64,000 nucleotides of DNA from Alphaproteobacteria bacterium (GCA_965243135.1 OZ251539.1:3680001-3744000); one strand, 5' to 3'. Counted from the stretch's first letter, positions 32,020 to 43,429 are shown. Notes: generated by a model from the letters alone, not told the origin. Translations and numbers: made by a program.

Positions 32020-33357
32020 ATGCGGATGAACCAACCTCAGTATCTTCGACTCCAATACGTCGAAGTCGAAAATCTGTTCGGCGTGTACGATTATCATATC
32101 GACTTGAATTTAGACGATAGGGTTACGTTGCTGCACGGACAGAATGGCACAGGAAAAACCACCATATTGAAAATGATAGATTCCCTATTAAGGCGTGATA
32201 TAGCGCATTTTCGTGAAATTCCTTTCGTGCGATTTATCCTTGGATTTCACGACGAGAGCACTCTTGAATTGAAGACCGCCACTAATTCTAAAACCAACGA
32301 AAGTATTTGCATCCTGAAATTGGAACGGCAAAACGGCGAATCGCATTCCGCCGAAGTGAAATTGCAATCAGAAGCGGAAATAGTTGCCGAAAGAGTCGGC
32401 CATCTTCGCCCCCGTAGAGATGGAAATCTCAAGTCATGGATTGATGTTCGCGATCATGAAGAACTTACGGAAGAAGACGTACTTTCCAGATATAGCGTAT
32501 CAGATAGTGAACATAGAATCCAAGAGAACTTGGATTGGTTTGATGCGTTTCTCGAAAGCGCAAATACGCACTTGATTGAGACGCAACGGTTAGTTCGCAC
32601 CCATCGGAGCGTAAGAGAAAGAGTTGTTCTTTCGCGATCTGCTCGTCATGCGCATTGGTGGCCTCCAAGGGTTGTAGAGTGTAGTCGCGATTTTGGGAAC
32701 CGACTCAGTGATACGATGGCCGACTATGGCCGGCAAGCGCAAAGACTGGATCAGACTTTTCCGCAGCGCCTGATCTCGGCTACGGAGGAGTTGAATGAAA
32801 ATGAACTTAAGCAACGCATGTCTAATCTCGACAAAAAGACGGAGGAGCTTAAGGTAATGGGTATTTTGGACGAGACGCCCACGCATCCATTTGATGTAAA
32901 TAGCTTGAGCAATATGGATCACACCCAAGCCCGAGTCATGACATTGTACGTTCAGGACACCGAAGGTAAATTGCAGGCGTTAAGTGATTTTGCGAGGCGC
33001 ACGCGCCTTCTTCTGGAAAGTGTTAACGACAAATTTCGTCGTAAGAGAATTCTTCTTGACCGTGAACGGGGGCTGGTTGCCGTGAACGAAGAAGGGCAGC
33101 AGCTGGCGCTTGATTCCCTTTCTTCGGGTGAACAGCATGAGCTTGTGTTGCATTACGATCTTTTGTTCAAGGTGCTGCCAAATACGGTGGTGCTGATTGA
33201 TGAACCGGAACTTTCCCTCCACGTGGCATGGCAGAAAAAATTCCTTCCAGATCTCATGGATATCGTCGAGCTCTCTGGATTCGATGCAATCATGGCCACT
33301 CATTCTCCTTATATCGTAGGCGACAGGGATGACTTGATGGTTGGTTTAGGCGATTAG
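32020..33357 (+). CDS. ABC-type AAA ATPase (PARIS AriA-like)
   Basis: Walker A GQNGTGKT, signature LSSGEQ, Walker B LIDEPE, ATHSP; AAGGAG RBS. Confidence 0.88.
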   Translation: MRMNQPQYLRLQYVEVENLFGVYDYHIDLNLDDRVTLLHGQNGTGKTTILKMIDSLLRRDIAHFREIPFVRFILGFHDESTLELKTATNSKTNESICILKLERQNGESHSAEVKLQSEAEIVAERVGHLRPRRDGNLKSWIDVRDHEELTEEDVLSRYSVSDSEHRIQENLDWFDAFLESANTHLIETQRLVRTHRSVRERVVLSRSARHAHWWPPRVVECSRDFGNRLSDTMADYGRQAQRLDQTFPQRLISATEELNENELKQRMSNLDKKTEELKVMGILDETPTHPFDVNSLSNMDHTQARVMTLYVQDTEGKLQALSDFARRTRLLLESVNDKFRRKRILLDRERGLVAVNEEGQQLALDSLSSGEQHELVLHYDLLFKVLPNTVVLIDEPELSLHVAWQKKFLPDLMDIVELSGFDAIMATHSPYIVGDRDDLMVGLGD

Positions 33358-33497
33358 CGTTACTTTATTCGGATTATGAAACAGGAATATAAAACGCCCG
33401 GCATTCTGGCAGCCGAGATCAAAATGACGCGCGAATCGCACGAAGGCGCCTTTCTGATCGTTGAAGGCAAAGATGATATCCGGTTTTGGAGGCCAAG

Positions 33498-36400
33498 GGG
33501 TGCAGGTCTAGAATTGCAAAATTGGAAAACATGTAACTATTTGATTCTAAATCATTATCTATAGCTATGGCGATTCAAGACCGAGATTGGTGATTTCGTG
33601 CCAAAACACCGTTCCGGACGCGGATTTTGGCACGATTAAGGATCTGCAGGGCGAAAAAAAGGAATGCTCCAAGCCGCAAGATGCGGCAGAATGTTGGCTT
33701 GAACCCACAACATCAGGAGCATTCCCATGCCAGTCTCGCAATCTTCGAACGGTTTGTCCCTTTCGGCTCTCTCCCGGCCGACCGCGGAAGCGCTGCGGAC
33801 ATTCGCGACCTTGCTTGAGAAAGGGGGCGAAGCCGCCGAGGCGTTCCAATCTTTGGCAGCCCTCGTGGATGAAGGGGGCGAACGAACGGACCGGGGGCCC
33901 CAGGCGTTCGCCGATTTCGAGATCGGATTGCAGAAGCGGCTCGCGGAGTTCGGTCGTGGGGTGCTCCGCAACTTCAGAGCGGGACGAGAACGACGGCCCG
34001 ATTCGCCGGGACGGTCGGGTTTACTACCGGTCCAAACCGACGGCGAAAACCCACGGTGTTCGGCGCGGTCACGTTCCTGCGTTCGTTGTATCGCTCGCCG
34101 GGAAGCCCGGCGTTGGCACCGGTCGACGAAAGCTTGGGCCTATTCGACAAGTATCTCACGAACCCGGCGGCTCGTGGCGCCCTTATGCTCCTGTGCCACT
34201 GCACGCCGACGGACGGGGCCGAAATCCTGGAAGGGTTGGGGGGTATGAACCCGTCTTCGAGCCACCTCAAGCGTCTGTTGACGAAGTCGGGCGACCGCTG
34301 GAAAGAGAAGGAAAAAGTGGTCGACATCCGCGAAGAGGAAACGATACCGGAGGAAGCAGTTTCCTTCGCTGTCTCGCTCGACGGGGTTCCGCTTCGCCCC
34401 GACGAGGATGGAGAGGCCTGCTGGCGCGAGGCGTCCTGCGGGACGGTCAGTTTCCACAGCAATTCCCGCTAAGGCTCGAAACCCTTGGAAAATATGGGGT
34501 CCGAAAAAAAATTTTCGTAGACTTTTCGAGGCGATTCGGGGCTATTTGCCTTCGAGCGGAGATTTTTCTCTGGAAAGTGCTCCGAAGGCGAGGCGGGATC
34601 GTACCAAAATGGCTAGAATGCCAGGCATGCGCAAGACGCTCAGCGCTCCGGGATTGCTGAAGGCGCTCCGGGAGATTTTTGACGGCATTGAGAATCTGAC
34701 GGCGAGTCGAGGCCTCGTTCTTTCGGATTGCCTGATGTCGGGGATTGCGGTATTTGGTTTGAAATACAAATCTCTTTTAAAGTTTGATCGCGACGCACGT
34801 TTTGATGAAACGGTTCGCAATAATCTTGCGACGTTGTACGGGATAGAGCGAGCGCCTTCCGACAGCAGGTTGCGCGAGCGCCTGGATGAAGTGGACCCCC
34901 GTAGTTTACGTCCCGCTTTTACGAAGATGTTCCAATTGCTTCAGCGCGGAAAGGGTCTGGAAGGTTACACCTGTCTAGGCGGGCATTATCTTTTGTCCGT
35001 TGACGGAACGGGATATTTTTCATCTCACAAGGTGCACTGTAAAAGCTGCTGTGAAAAGCACCACAGGAACGGAACAATCACGTATTACCACCAGATGCTG
35101 GGGGCAGTTCTCGTGCGCCAAAAGGAAGTTTTCCCTCTTGCACCGGAGCCGATTACCAAGAAAGATGGAAAGAAGAAAAACGATTGCGAACGCAACGCAG
35201 CGACACGACTGTTGCGCGATGTGCGGCGGGAGCATCCGTTTTTGAAATTGATAGTGGTAGAGGACGGGCTCGCCTCGAATGGCCCGCATATCAAGCATCT
35301 CAAGGAGTTGAACCTTCGCTTCATACTGGGTGCCAAGCCGGGAGACCATAAATTTTTGTTTGACTTAGTGAACAGGTCACGATCTGTGAAACGTGCCGAA
35401 TTTTCCGATGAAGAAGGTATAATTCACGAATTCAGATATCTTAACAAGGCACCACTCAATGATGCGAATTTCGACCTTGAAGTCAACTTTGTTGAATACT
35501 GGGAAAAGCGCCCCGACGGCAAAAAGCAACGCTTTTCCTGGGTTACAGACCTGCCAGTAGGAGATCACAACCTGATGGAGATAATGCGTGCCGGGCGTGC
35601 ACGTTGGCGTATCGAAAACGAGACCTTCAACACCCTGAAGAACCAAGGTTACAACTTCGAACACAACTTCGGTCATGGTTACAAGCATCTGTCGAATGTC
35701 TTTGCTAACTTGATGATGCTGGCTTTCCTGCCAGATTCAGCAGAGATGTTGCAATCTGTTTCAAAGAGCACGGAAGAAAGCCGAGCGTTCCATCTACTTG
35801 TGGGAGAAGTTGAGAGCTATGTTCTTCAACTTTTCACTACCAGGCTGGGAAGCGCTTTATCGTGCGATAGCGTTCGGACACAAGAAGCCGATTCTGGAAC
35901 CTTACGATACTTCTTGATATAATAAATTTTCGAAGTGTGTAGCAGGTTCTTCAGGGGGAAACATAACCAACGAAAGCTTCGGTCATTAAGCCGAACGTTA
36001 GACGTCTGTCCTGACGGTCGTACCTTCTGCCGAGAAAGTCCTTTACATTTGATACGACCACTACAAGTTAGCGGGAATTTCTGCAGTTTCCATGACGTAG
36101 ATGGCAATCGCCTGAAAACGTTGAGTTTTGGGCGGATGCCGGAAGCCCGCAAGGAGACGCTGAAGGCGCTGCTCGCTGAAGAGGTCGCTCATATCCGCAA
36201 GACGCGGCCCGACCTGAAGTTGGTCGCTGTCGCCGATGCCGCGCCCGACAACTGGACGTTTCTTGAGAAACTCCGGCCTGACGAACGGGCAGTCGACTTC
36301 TTTCATGCATGCGAGCATCTCGGCGAAGTGTCAGACCGTCGCGAGCGGTTGGTACGAAAAGTATCGCGCTGTCCTGCGCGACGACGAGAAGGGCGTCGAC

Positions 36401-36784
36401 AAGGTCGGCGACATCTCCGCGACAAGGCGGAGACGAAAACGGCGGTCAAGGTGCTCGAGCGCGAGTTTTTCCGTAAACACAGGCGCGTGCTACGCGAGCC
36501 TCAAGGCCAAAGGCTACGTGTTCCGGCGTCGTCGAGGCCGCCAACAAGGTGCTGGTCAACCAACGCATGAAGCGGGCCGGCATGCGCTGGAGTATCGACG
36601 GAGGACAGAACGTCCTCACCTTCAGGGCGTTGATGATGTCAGGCCGTTTCGATGCCGCGTGGCGGGCGATAACCGGAATGTGCGCCGCAAACGAAAACCA
36701 GATGCTGAACGCTATCGCGGCCTGACAGTGGAAATTCTGATTCCGGAAACAAAAACAAGGTTTTACAAAAATAGATCTGCACCC
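33498..36784 (+). mobile_element. ISKra4/ISLre2-like element (decayed) carrying a nested IS
   Basis: IRs gggtgcaggtcta / tagatctgcaccc; 8-bp TSD aggccaag (33490-33497, 36785-36792); REASCGTVSF|HDVDGNRL, VADAAPDNW, DFFHACEHL. Confidence 0.88.
34457..36083 (+). mobile_element. DDE IS (ISNCY/IS4-like), transposase from 34609 with a 3' frameshift
   Basis: IRs cagcaattcccgctaa / ttagcgggaatttctg; 9-bp TSD cagtttcca (34448-34456, 36084-36092); SVDGTG, VEDGL, RWRIENETFNTLK. Confidence 0.9.
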
Positions 36785-37950
36785 AGGCCAAGATGCCGCG
36801 AGAAATGCGAACTTGTTGACGGGGGAGGAAAACCGAACGTTGTCGGGTGTATTATAAGGCTTGATGAAGAGAAATTTAAGGGTGCATTGGGTATCGTAGA
36901 CAGCGATTACGATATTTTTGTTGGAGAGAAAATGGGTACCGACAATATCGTAACCACGGACGCCCATGACTTGGAGTGCATTCTCTGCAGGTCTTCAGCT
37001 CTCGATACGGTTCTTGCTGAATATGGAGATTCCTCCAAAATCGAAAAATTTCAACAAGAAACGAAAAAAAGCGTTCGCACTGCCCTCCTTGAAAGGGCAA
37101 TGCCATTCGGTCGTTTGAGACTCGCGGCGTTACGACGACCGGTTATCGAAATGAAGAAAATCAAGGTGCCACAATTTGTAGAAGAGAAGACATGGTCCGT
37201 GAAGTGCGACGAACTGATTCGAGAATCCACAAAATCCGGTCTGCCCGAGGAAATTCAGGAATTGCAAAATCGTGTCGAGCGATCAGAAGTGGGAGATCCG
37301 TGGTATGTTGTGCAGGGGCACGATTTACTGCAGATTCTTCGAATCGGCCTGCGGCATGTGCTTGGAGACATCAGGCCCGGTATCGGAACGGAGGAGATAG
37401 CCAGAATTCTCAGAGCGGCGCTGCCTCTAGAAGACCTGCGGAATACAGGTATGTGGACGGATATTCGTAGTTGGGAAAGTTTGAATCCGCCATACGAGAT
37501 ACTGGCGAATTGATTTGTGTGCCTGGTTTATCTGCGCCTGTCCCGTGCGTGATGACGCGAAGCGGCTCGCACGCCGATCATGAAGCTGATCTGCGTGGCG
37601 GCGGTTACCGTCGACACCGAAGATGGGCACGATACTGTTTGGCGGAATTGATTTTGAATGATGGTTGACGAGGCCGGTAATGACCTCGGGATAGAACGAC
37701 CCTCGCGACGTAATTGTCCTGATTTCAGGGTGCAGGAAACGGGCGACAGCATCGTTTGCCAGTATCCTGGCCGATGATTGCCGCCCGGCTGATCGTGAAT
37801 TCACAGACTGCGGAAACCGGTTTTCGATATACGGCGAGGCCGAACCAGCTGCATTCGGTGGATGCGCTGCACTCTATATCCCCAACGACACTATTTCTTC
37901 TCCAAGCGCGCATTTTGCAATGCGGCCACGGCTCCTGATACCCTGCGGAC

Positions 37951-38829
37951 ATGACCCCGCCGATACGGCCTTCCTCTCTGGTCGCGCGGAGCGCGCTCCT
38001 GGCGACCGCGGCGATGCTGCTGTTCGGCGTCGTTCCGCCTTCGGTCCGACTGCTGTCCGATACCATGTCGCCGTTTCAGATTGTGTTCATTCGCGGTCTG
38101 ATCGGCGCCGCCGCGATCGGCGGATATTTCGCCTGGAAGGGTTTCCACAATCTGAAAACCCGCCGCTACAGGTTTCATCTGATGCGCTCGACGGTCAATT
38201 TCGTCGGCATGGTCATGTGGTTCTGGGCGCTCAACCATGTGGCGCTCGCCAAGGGCGTCGCCGTTCACTTCGTCATGCCGCTCTTCATCGTTCTTTTCGC
38301 CGCCCTTTTCCTGCGGGAGCGCATAGGACTGCGCCGGGTTTGCGCGGTCGTCGCGGGTTTCGCCGGCGTGCTCATCATCCTGCGGCCCGGCGTGATCGCG
38401 TTCGGCCTGCCGGAGTTCGCCATTCTCGGATCCGCGGCGCTCTACGCCGCGGCCACCATTTTTCTGAAGGTGATCGTGCGCGAAGAGAGCCCGCTGTCCG
38501 TTACCTTCCATACCAACCTGTTGATCGCCCTCTGGTGTCTCGTGCCGACGGTGTTTTTCTGGGAGCCGATCTCCGCGGACGATATCCTGCCGATACTCGG
38601 GCTCGGCATTTGCGGCATGATCGCGCCGGCGCTGGTCGCAACCGCGCTCCAAACCGCGGAGGCCAGCCTCATAAGCGCTTTCGATTTTCTGCGCCTGCCC
38701 TTCACGGCGCTGTTCGCCTTCCTGCTGTTCCAGGAAGTTCCCGACGCTTTCGTCTGGGTGGGAGCGGCCGTCATTTTCGGGAGCGCTTGGTACATCACCG
38801 CCTGGGAAGCGACACGGCATCGCCAGTAA
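37951..38829 (+). CDS. DMT/EamA transporter
   Basis: ~10 TM helices, FLRERIG, GVLIILRPG, FDFLRLPF. Confidence 0.9.
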   Translation: MTPPIRPSSLVARSALLATAAMLLFGVVPPSVRLLSDTMSPFQIVFIRGLIGAAAIGGYFAWKGFHNLKTRRYRFHLMRSTVNFVGMVMWFWALNHVALAKGVAVHFVMPLFIVLFAALFLRERIGLRRVCAVVAGFAGVLIILRPGVIAFGLPEFAILGSAALYAAATIFLKVIVREESPLSVTFHTNLLIALWCLVPTVFFWEPISADDILPILGLGICGMIAPALVATALQTAEASLISAFDFLRLPFTALFAFLLFQEVPDAFVWVGAAVIFGSAWYITAWEATRHRQ

Positions 38830-38921
38830 AGCCCGGCTCCCCGGGGGACCGAAGCCGGAAGCGCGGACCGGACCGGCGCTTCGGGTGGTGAATTTCGACG
38901 CAGACAGGCTATTCTGGAGCC

Positions 38922-39830
38922 ATGAACCGACAGGATGCCTCTGCGCCATCCAATGCTCACGGCCTGTACAGGGGCATCGCGATCGGCGTCCTGTCGATGG
39001 CTCTGTTCGCGTCGGTGCATTCGTCCGTGCGCGAGCTTTCGGACACGATGTCCGCGTTCCAGATCGTTTTCTGGCGCATGTCGATCGGCGTCCTGCTGCT
39101 AATGCCGTGGTATGCATGGAAGGGTTTCCACCTGTTGCGGACGAAGCGTCCCGGCATGCACGTACAGCGTGCGGTCGTGAACTTCGTGGGCATGATCCTC
39201 TGGTTTCACGCCATCGCCGTCGTGCCTCTGGGCAAGGCGGTCGCGATCCACTTCACCTTGCCGCTCTTCGTGCTGGTGCTTGCGGCCGTAGCCCTCGGCG
39301 AGAAGATCGGCCCGCGCCGCATCGCGGCGACCGTCGTCGGCTTCGGCGGCATGCTCGTCATCCTTCGGCCCGGCTCCGCCGAAATCGGATTGCCCGAGGC
39401 CATGATCCTCGGGTCGGCGCTGCTTTACGCGGCGACCGTCGTCTATCTGAAAGCCATGGTCGCAACGGAGACGCCGCTCGCGTTGACTTTCTACACCAAC
39501 AGCCTGATTGGCGCTTTCTGCGTGCCTCCCGCTCTGATTTTCTGGGTGGCCCCGACTTGGGACGACCTCCTGCCGATCCTTGCGCTCGGCTTTCTGGGGA
39601 CCTCCGGGCCGTTCCTGTACGCCATGGCGCTGCGCACGACGGACGCCAGCGTGCTGGCGCCGCTGGACTTCCTGCGCCTGCCGTTCACGGCCGCGCTGGC
39701 CTTCGCCCTGTTCGGAGAGGTTCCGGAAATCTGGGTCTGGGCCGGCGCCGCGATCATCGTTCTCAGCACCTGGTACATCACCATGCGCGAGAGCGCCGCT
39801 GCCCGCCGGAGCGGGAAGCGGCGCACCTGA
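38922..39830 (+). CDS. DMT/EamA transporter
   Basis: LGEKIG, LVILRPG, LDFLRLPF. Confidence 0.9.
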   Translation: MNRQDASAPSNAHGLYRGIAIGVLSMALFASVHSSVRELSDTMSAFQIVFWRMSIGVLLLMPWYAWKGFHLLRTKRPGMHVQRAVVNFVGMILWFHAIAVVPLGKAVAIHFTLPLFVLVLAAVALGEKIGPRRIAATVVGFGGMLVILRPGSAEIGLPEAMILGSALLYAATVVYLKAMVATETPLALTFYTNSLIGAFCVPPALIFWVAPTWDDLLPILALGFLGTSGPFLYAMALRTTDASVLAPLDFLRLPFTAALAFALFGEVPEIWVWAGAAIIVLSTWYITMRESAAARRSGKRRT

Positions 39831-39885
39831 CGATGGAAGGTATCCGCCTTCCGTGCGCGTCGCGAACCTCCCGCATGCGCCGCCG

Positions 39886-40779
39886 ATGAGTTCCGCTTTC
39901 CGGATGCCGCCCCTTTTCCGCGCGGTGCTGTGGTTCTGCGGCACGATGTGCGGCTTCGCCGGCATGGCGATTTCCGCGCGCGAACTGCAAACGACCCTGT
40001 CGGTCTTCGAAATCCTGTTCTTCCGCAGCCTGATCGGCGTGCTGGTCGTGCTGCCCTTCATTCTTCGAAATCGATTCGCCGATCTCCGCACCGCCCGCTT
40101 CCGATTTCACGGAATCCGTGCGCTCGTGCAGTTCTCCGCCCAGATATGCTGGATGTACGGCATCGCTCATCTCACGCTTTCCGACCTCACCGCCATCGAA
40201 TTCTCGGTGCCCGTGTTCACCGCCATCCTTGCGGTCCTGTTTCTGGGCGAGCGAATGTGGAAGCATAAATGGGTCGCGACCGGGCTGGGTTTCGTCGGCG
40301 TGCTCATCATCCTCCAGCCCGAGGGATCCGCTTTCAGCGTCGCGGGTTTCGTGATGCTGACGGGATCGGCACTCTACGCGGCCTCCGGCGTCCTCGTGAA
40401 ATATTTGACCCGAACCGACACCCCCCAAGGCATCATTTTCTACATGAACCTCCAGCAGCTTCCGCTGGGACTGCTCCCGGCGGTGCTGGCGTATGAATGG
40501 GTAACACCTTCCCTGGCCGACGCGCCGTGGATCCTCGCCTGGGGCCTTGCGGGACTGCTTGCCCACTACACGATGGCGCGGGCTCTGAGATTGGCCGACA
40601 TCACCATCGTCTTCCCGCTGGATTTTCTTCGCCTGCCGATGATGGCGCTGCTCGGCTTCCTGATTTACGCCGAGACGTTAAGTCCCTGGACGCTGGCGGG
40701 CGGGGCGGCGATCTTCGCGGCCAACTGGTACGCCGTTCGCGAGGAGGCGAAACGAGGCGGCAACGGCGCTGTCCATTAG
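39886..40779 (+). CDS. DMT/EamA transporter
   Basis: ILFFRS, FLGER, LDFLRLP. Confidence 0.9.
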   Translation: MSSAFRMPPLFRAVLWFCGTMCGFAGMAISARELQTTLSVFEILFFRSLIGVLVVLPFILRNRFADLRTARFRFHGIRALVQFSAQICWMYGIAHLTLSDLTAIEFSVPVFTAILAVLFLGERMWKHKWVATGLGFVGVLIILQPEGSAFSVAGFVMLTGSALYAASGVLVKYLTRTDTPQGIIFYMNLQQLPLGLLPAVLAYEWVTPSLADAPWILAWGLAGLLAHYTMARALRLADITIVFPLDFLRLPMMALLGFLIYAETLSPWTLAGGAAIFAANWYAVREEAKRGGNGAVH

Positions 40780-40793
40780 GATTCCTTGCGCTT

Positions 40794-41486
40794 CTACGGC
40801 CTGCGCTGCCCGAAAAGGATGGCGCGGCTTTCCTCGGTCATGGTTCTGGCCCCGCGGCGATCGGCCAACAATTCCATCCCCGCCTGCACCGCCTTTCGGG
40901 CCGCGATTTCCTCGAACCATCTCCGGACGTGCGGAAAGTCTCCCTTGTCGATGCCCTGGCGGCGCGAGGGACGAACCCAAGGCCAGCAAGCGACGTCGGC
41001 AATCGAATAAGCTTCGCCGGCGAGATAGGCATTGTCCGACAACCGCGCGTTCATGACGCCGTAGAGCCGCCTCACTTCCTTCGAATAGCGTTCGACGCCG
41101 TAGGGAACCTCGACGCCGCCCATTGCCTGCCGGAAATGGTGCGCCTGCCCGGCCATGGGACCCAGCCCGCCCATCTGCCACATCAGCCATTCGGCGGTCG
41201 CGGTTCGGCCGCGCAGATCGGTCGGCAGGAAACGGCCGGACTTCTCGGCCAGATAGAGGAGGATCGCGCCGCTTTCGAATACGGAAACCGGCTCGCCCCC
41301 GTCGCCAGGATCGTGGTCCACGATCGCCGGAATGCGATTGTTCGGACTGATCGCAAGAAACTCGGGGTCGAACTGCTCGCCCACGTTGATGTCTACGGCG
41401 AAAACTCTGTAGGGCAGGGCGCATTCCTCGAGCATTATGGAAACCTTCTGGCCATTGGGCGTCGGCCAGGCGTGGAGATCAATCAT
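40794..41486 (-). CDS. Glutathione S-transferase, YfcG/YghU type
   Basis: TPNG, SPNNRIPAI, FESGAIL, WLMWQMGGLGPM. Confidence 0.93.
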   Translation of the reverse strand: MIDLHAWPTPNGQKVSIMLEECALPYRVFAVDINVGEQFDPEFLAISPNNRIPAIVDHDPGDGGEPVSVFESGAILLYLAEKSGRFLPTDLRGRTATAEWLMWQMGGLGPMAGQAHHFRQAMGGVEVPYGVERYSKEVRRLYGVMNARLSDNAYLAGEAYSIADVACWPWVRPSRRQGIDKGDFPHVRRWFEEIAARKAVQAGMELLADRRGARTMTEESRAILFGQRRP

Positions 41487-41542
41487 TGGTTCGGCCTCGG
41501 AGAAACGAATGGCAAGGCCCGCGCCGAATGCCTCTGCAACGC

Positions 41543-43144
41543 TCAGCCATCGTCCCGCAGGCTCTGGTTGGGCGATACGTCCCGCCGCCGCAGCTGGAAC
41601 GAGCGTTCGCCGTTGGCGATCCAACCGCCGCGGGCTGCGCGCTCGGCGACGGCTTCCCATTCTTCCGACCAATCGCCGAGATCGTATCCGTGCCAGGGAG
41701 GTTCCGGCGTCAGGGGCGGCAGCCCGAGTCGGTCCCACAATTCCCTGGCCCGTTCCATGTATTCGCGTCGGGGCAGCGCGACGGGTGCCATCGGCGTCTT
41801 GAGGGTCGCGTCGATGAGCAAGGTGGCGTCCTCCTCTTCGGCGCCCGGACCATGTCCGGTCGGGCGGTGCCGCAGCGTTTCGCAGTCCCGAACCAGATTG
41901 GCGCGGTAACTCATCGCCCAGAAGACCGCGTCGAGGCTGTCGGGGTCGATGTCGTCGCTCACGGCGATCAGGTATTTTCCGACCGGAGCCTGAAAGGACG
42001 CGGCTCCGTACAACGCCCGCCAGATTTCCGTGCGCGCCGCGGCGCGCGCGAACTGCAGAACCACGACCTTGCGGAGGTTAGTGAGCGGCTCGTGCATCGC
42101 GACCCGGACGACGTCGGCGATTCCGAGATGACGGACCAAGTGGTTCAGGAAAAGCGGCTCGTACGCGACCCTCTTGATGACGCTCGATTCCGACGGTGTC
42201 ACCTGGCTCACGATCGAGGCGAGGACGGCGTCGCGCCGCCGCGTGATCGCGGTTACCCGGAGAATGAAATTGTACTCCTCCAGATTTACGTGGCCGTGGC
42301 TTTCGCCGAAGGGGCCTTCCGGCTCGAAACGTCCCGTGTCCACCAATCCCTCGATGACGATCTCGGCTTCCGCGGGCACGTTCAGATCGACGCTGCGACC
42401 GCGGGCCACATGGATCGGAACGCCGACGATGCCGCCCGCCACGCCCATCTCGTCCACGTCTTCGGGCAATTTTTGAGGACCGACATAGGCGACCGCCGGC
42501 GGGCAACCGACGACCATCGCGATCGGCATCGGCTCGCCGCGCTCGCGGTACTTGCGCCAGTGCGCCATTCCTCCCTGGCCCAGACTGGCGAACATCTTGA
42601 GACCGATCCTATCGGGCGCCTTGAGGCCGCCGCGGTAGGTGCCGACGTTCTGGATGCCTGTGTCCGGATCCTTGGTGATGCAGGCGGTCGCCGTCAGATA
42701 GGGCGCGGAATCGTAACCCGGCGTCGAGACGGGAACCGGCAACGCGTCGAGGCCGCTTCCCGAAACAAGCGCATCGCCTTCGAACGCTAGTTCCTGGCAG
42801 ACGGGCGCGGCGACTTCCGTCGGCGGAATCGGGTTTGCAATGGCGGTTCGCCAGCACTCGCCGATTTCGGCGACGGTCTTTCCCATGCCGACGGCGTAGA
42901 CCGCGGCGTTCGCCGCAAGCGCACCGACCGTTACGGGAATGTCGTAGCGCCGCCCGGTCCCGTCCACGACGTTGGTGAACAGGAACGCCTTGCGCTCGCC
43001 TTCCGGCAGGCCTCCGCGAAACTGCCAGCGCACCAGCGGAACCAACTCCGAATCCTTGTCCACCGGCGCCTCCACGACGTGAAGCAGCTCCGCTTTCCTG
43101 AGCTCCTCCAGATGATCGTGAAGGTCGCTGTAGCCGCGCTCCAT
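41543..43144 (-). CDS. UbiD family decarboxylase
   Basis: QNVGTYR, VPAEAEIVIEG, EGPFGESHG, IDAT. Confidence 0.9.
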   Translation of the reverse strand: MERGYSDLHDHLEELRKAELLHVVEAPVDKDSELVPLVRWQFRGGLPEGERKAFLFTNVVDGTGRRYDIPVTVGALAANAAVYAVGMGKTVAEIGECWRTAIANPIPPTEVAAPVCQELAFEGDALVSGSGLDALPVPVSTPGYDSAPYLTATACITKDPDTGIQNVGTYRGGLKAPDRIGLKMFASLGQGGMAHWRKYRERGEPMPIAMVVGCPPAVAYVGPQKLPEDVDEMGVAGGIVGVPIHVARGRSVDLNVPAEAEIVIEGLVDTGRFEPEGPFGESHGHVNLEEYNFILRVTAITRRRDAVLASIVSQVTPSESSVIKRVAYEPLFLNHLVRHLGIADVVRVAMHEPLTNLRKVVVLQFARAAARTEIWRALYGAASFQAPVGKYLIAVSDDIDPDSLDAVFWAMSYRANLVRDCETLRHRPTGHGPGAEEEDATLLIDATLKTPMAPVALPRREYMERARELWDRLGLPPLTPEPPWHGYDLGDWSEEWEAVAERAARGGWIANGERSFQLRRRDVSPNQSLRDDG

Positions 43145-43429
43145 CTTTCCTCCCTGCACCGGTCAGCGAAGTCGCCACCCGGTCGTCTCGATCCGCGTTC
43201 CGGGAACGCCGCCTCTCATCGATACATCCAGTCCACGCCGCCGTCCCTACAGCATCGCGTCGTCAAACGGCCCGCAGAGCGGAAAAGCGAGAGGAAGCTC
43301 CGAAATTCCCGCAATCCGTGCATTTTTCGAAAGATCGATCATGTCGAGAAATGCACAGCGCCAGACTATCTGCGTCTACAGGAAATGCAATGCGGCGGAT
43401 CGATTCCGAAAGATCGATCCAGGCAGCGC

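Larger units (their letters stand above)
33376..37513 (+). pseudogene. DUF4435/TOPRIM nuclease (AriB-like), interrupted by an IS
   Basis: 33376-33497 joined to 36793-37513 gives an open 280-aa frame: FLIVEGKDD..RFWRPR|CREKC..GGGK..GIVDSDYD..HDLE..GHD. Confidence 0.85.

Noticed and set aside
36236-37513. 425-aa transposase-nuclease fusion ORF
   Set aside because: Chance read-through from the decayed IS into the C-terminal part of the split gene; the TSD marks the junction
37520-37930. Short ORFs after the AriB-like gene
   Set aside because: Fragmentary, no assignable family; probably the island edge
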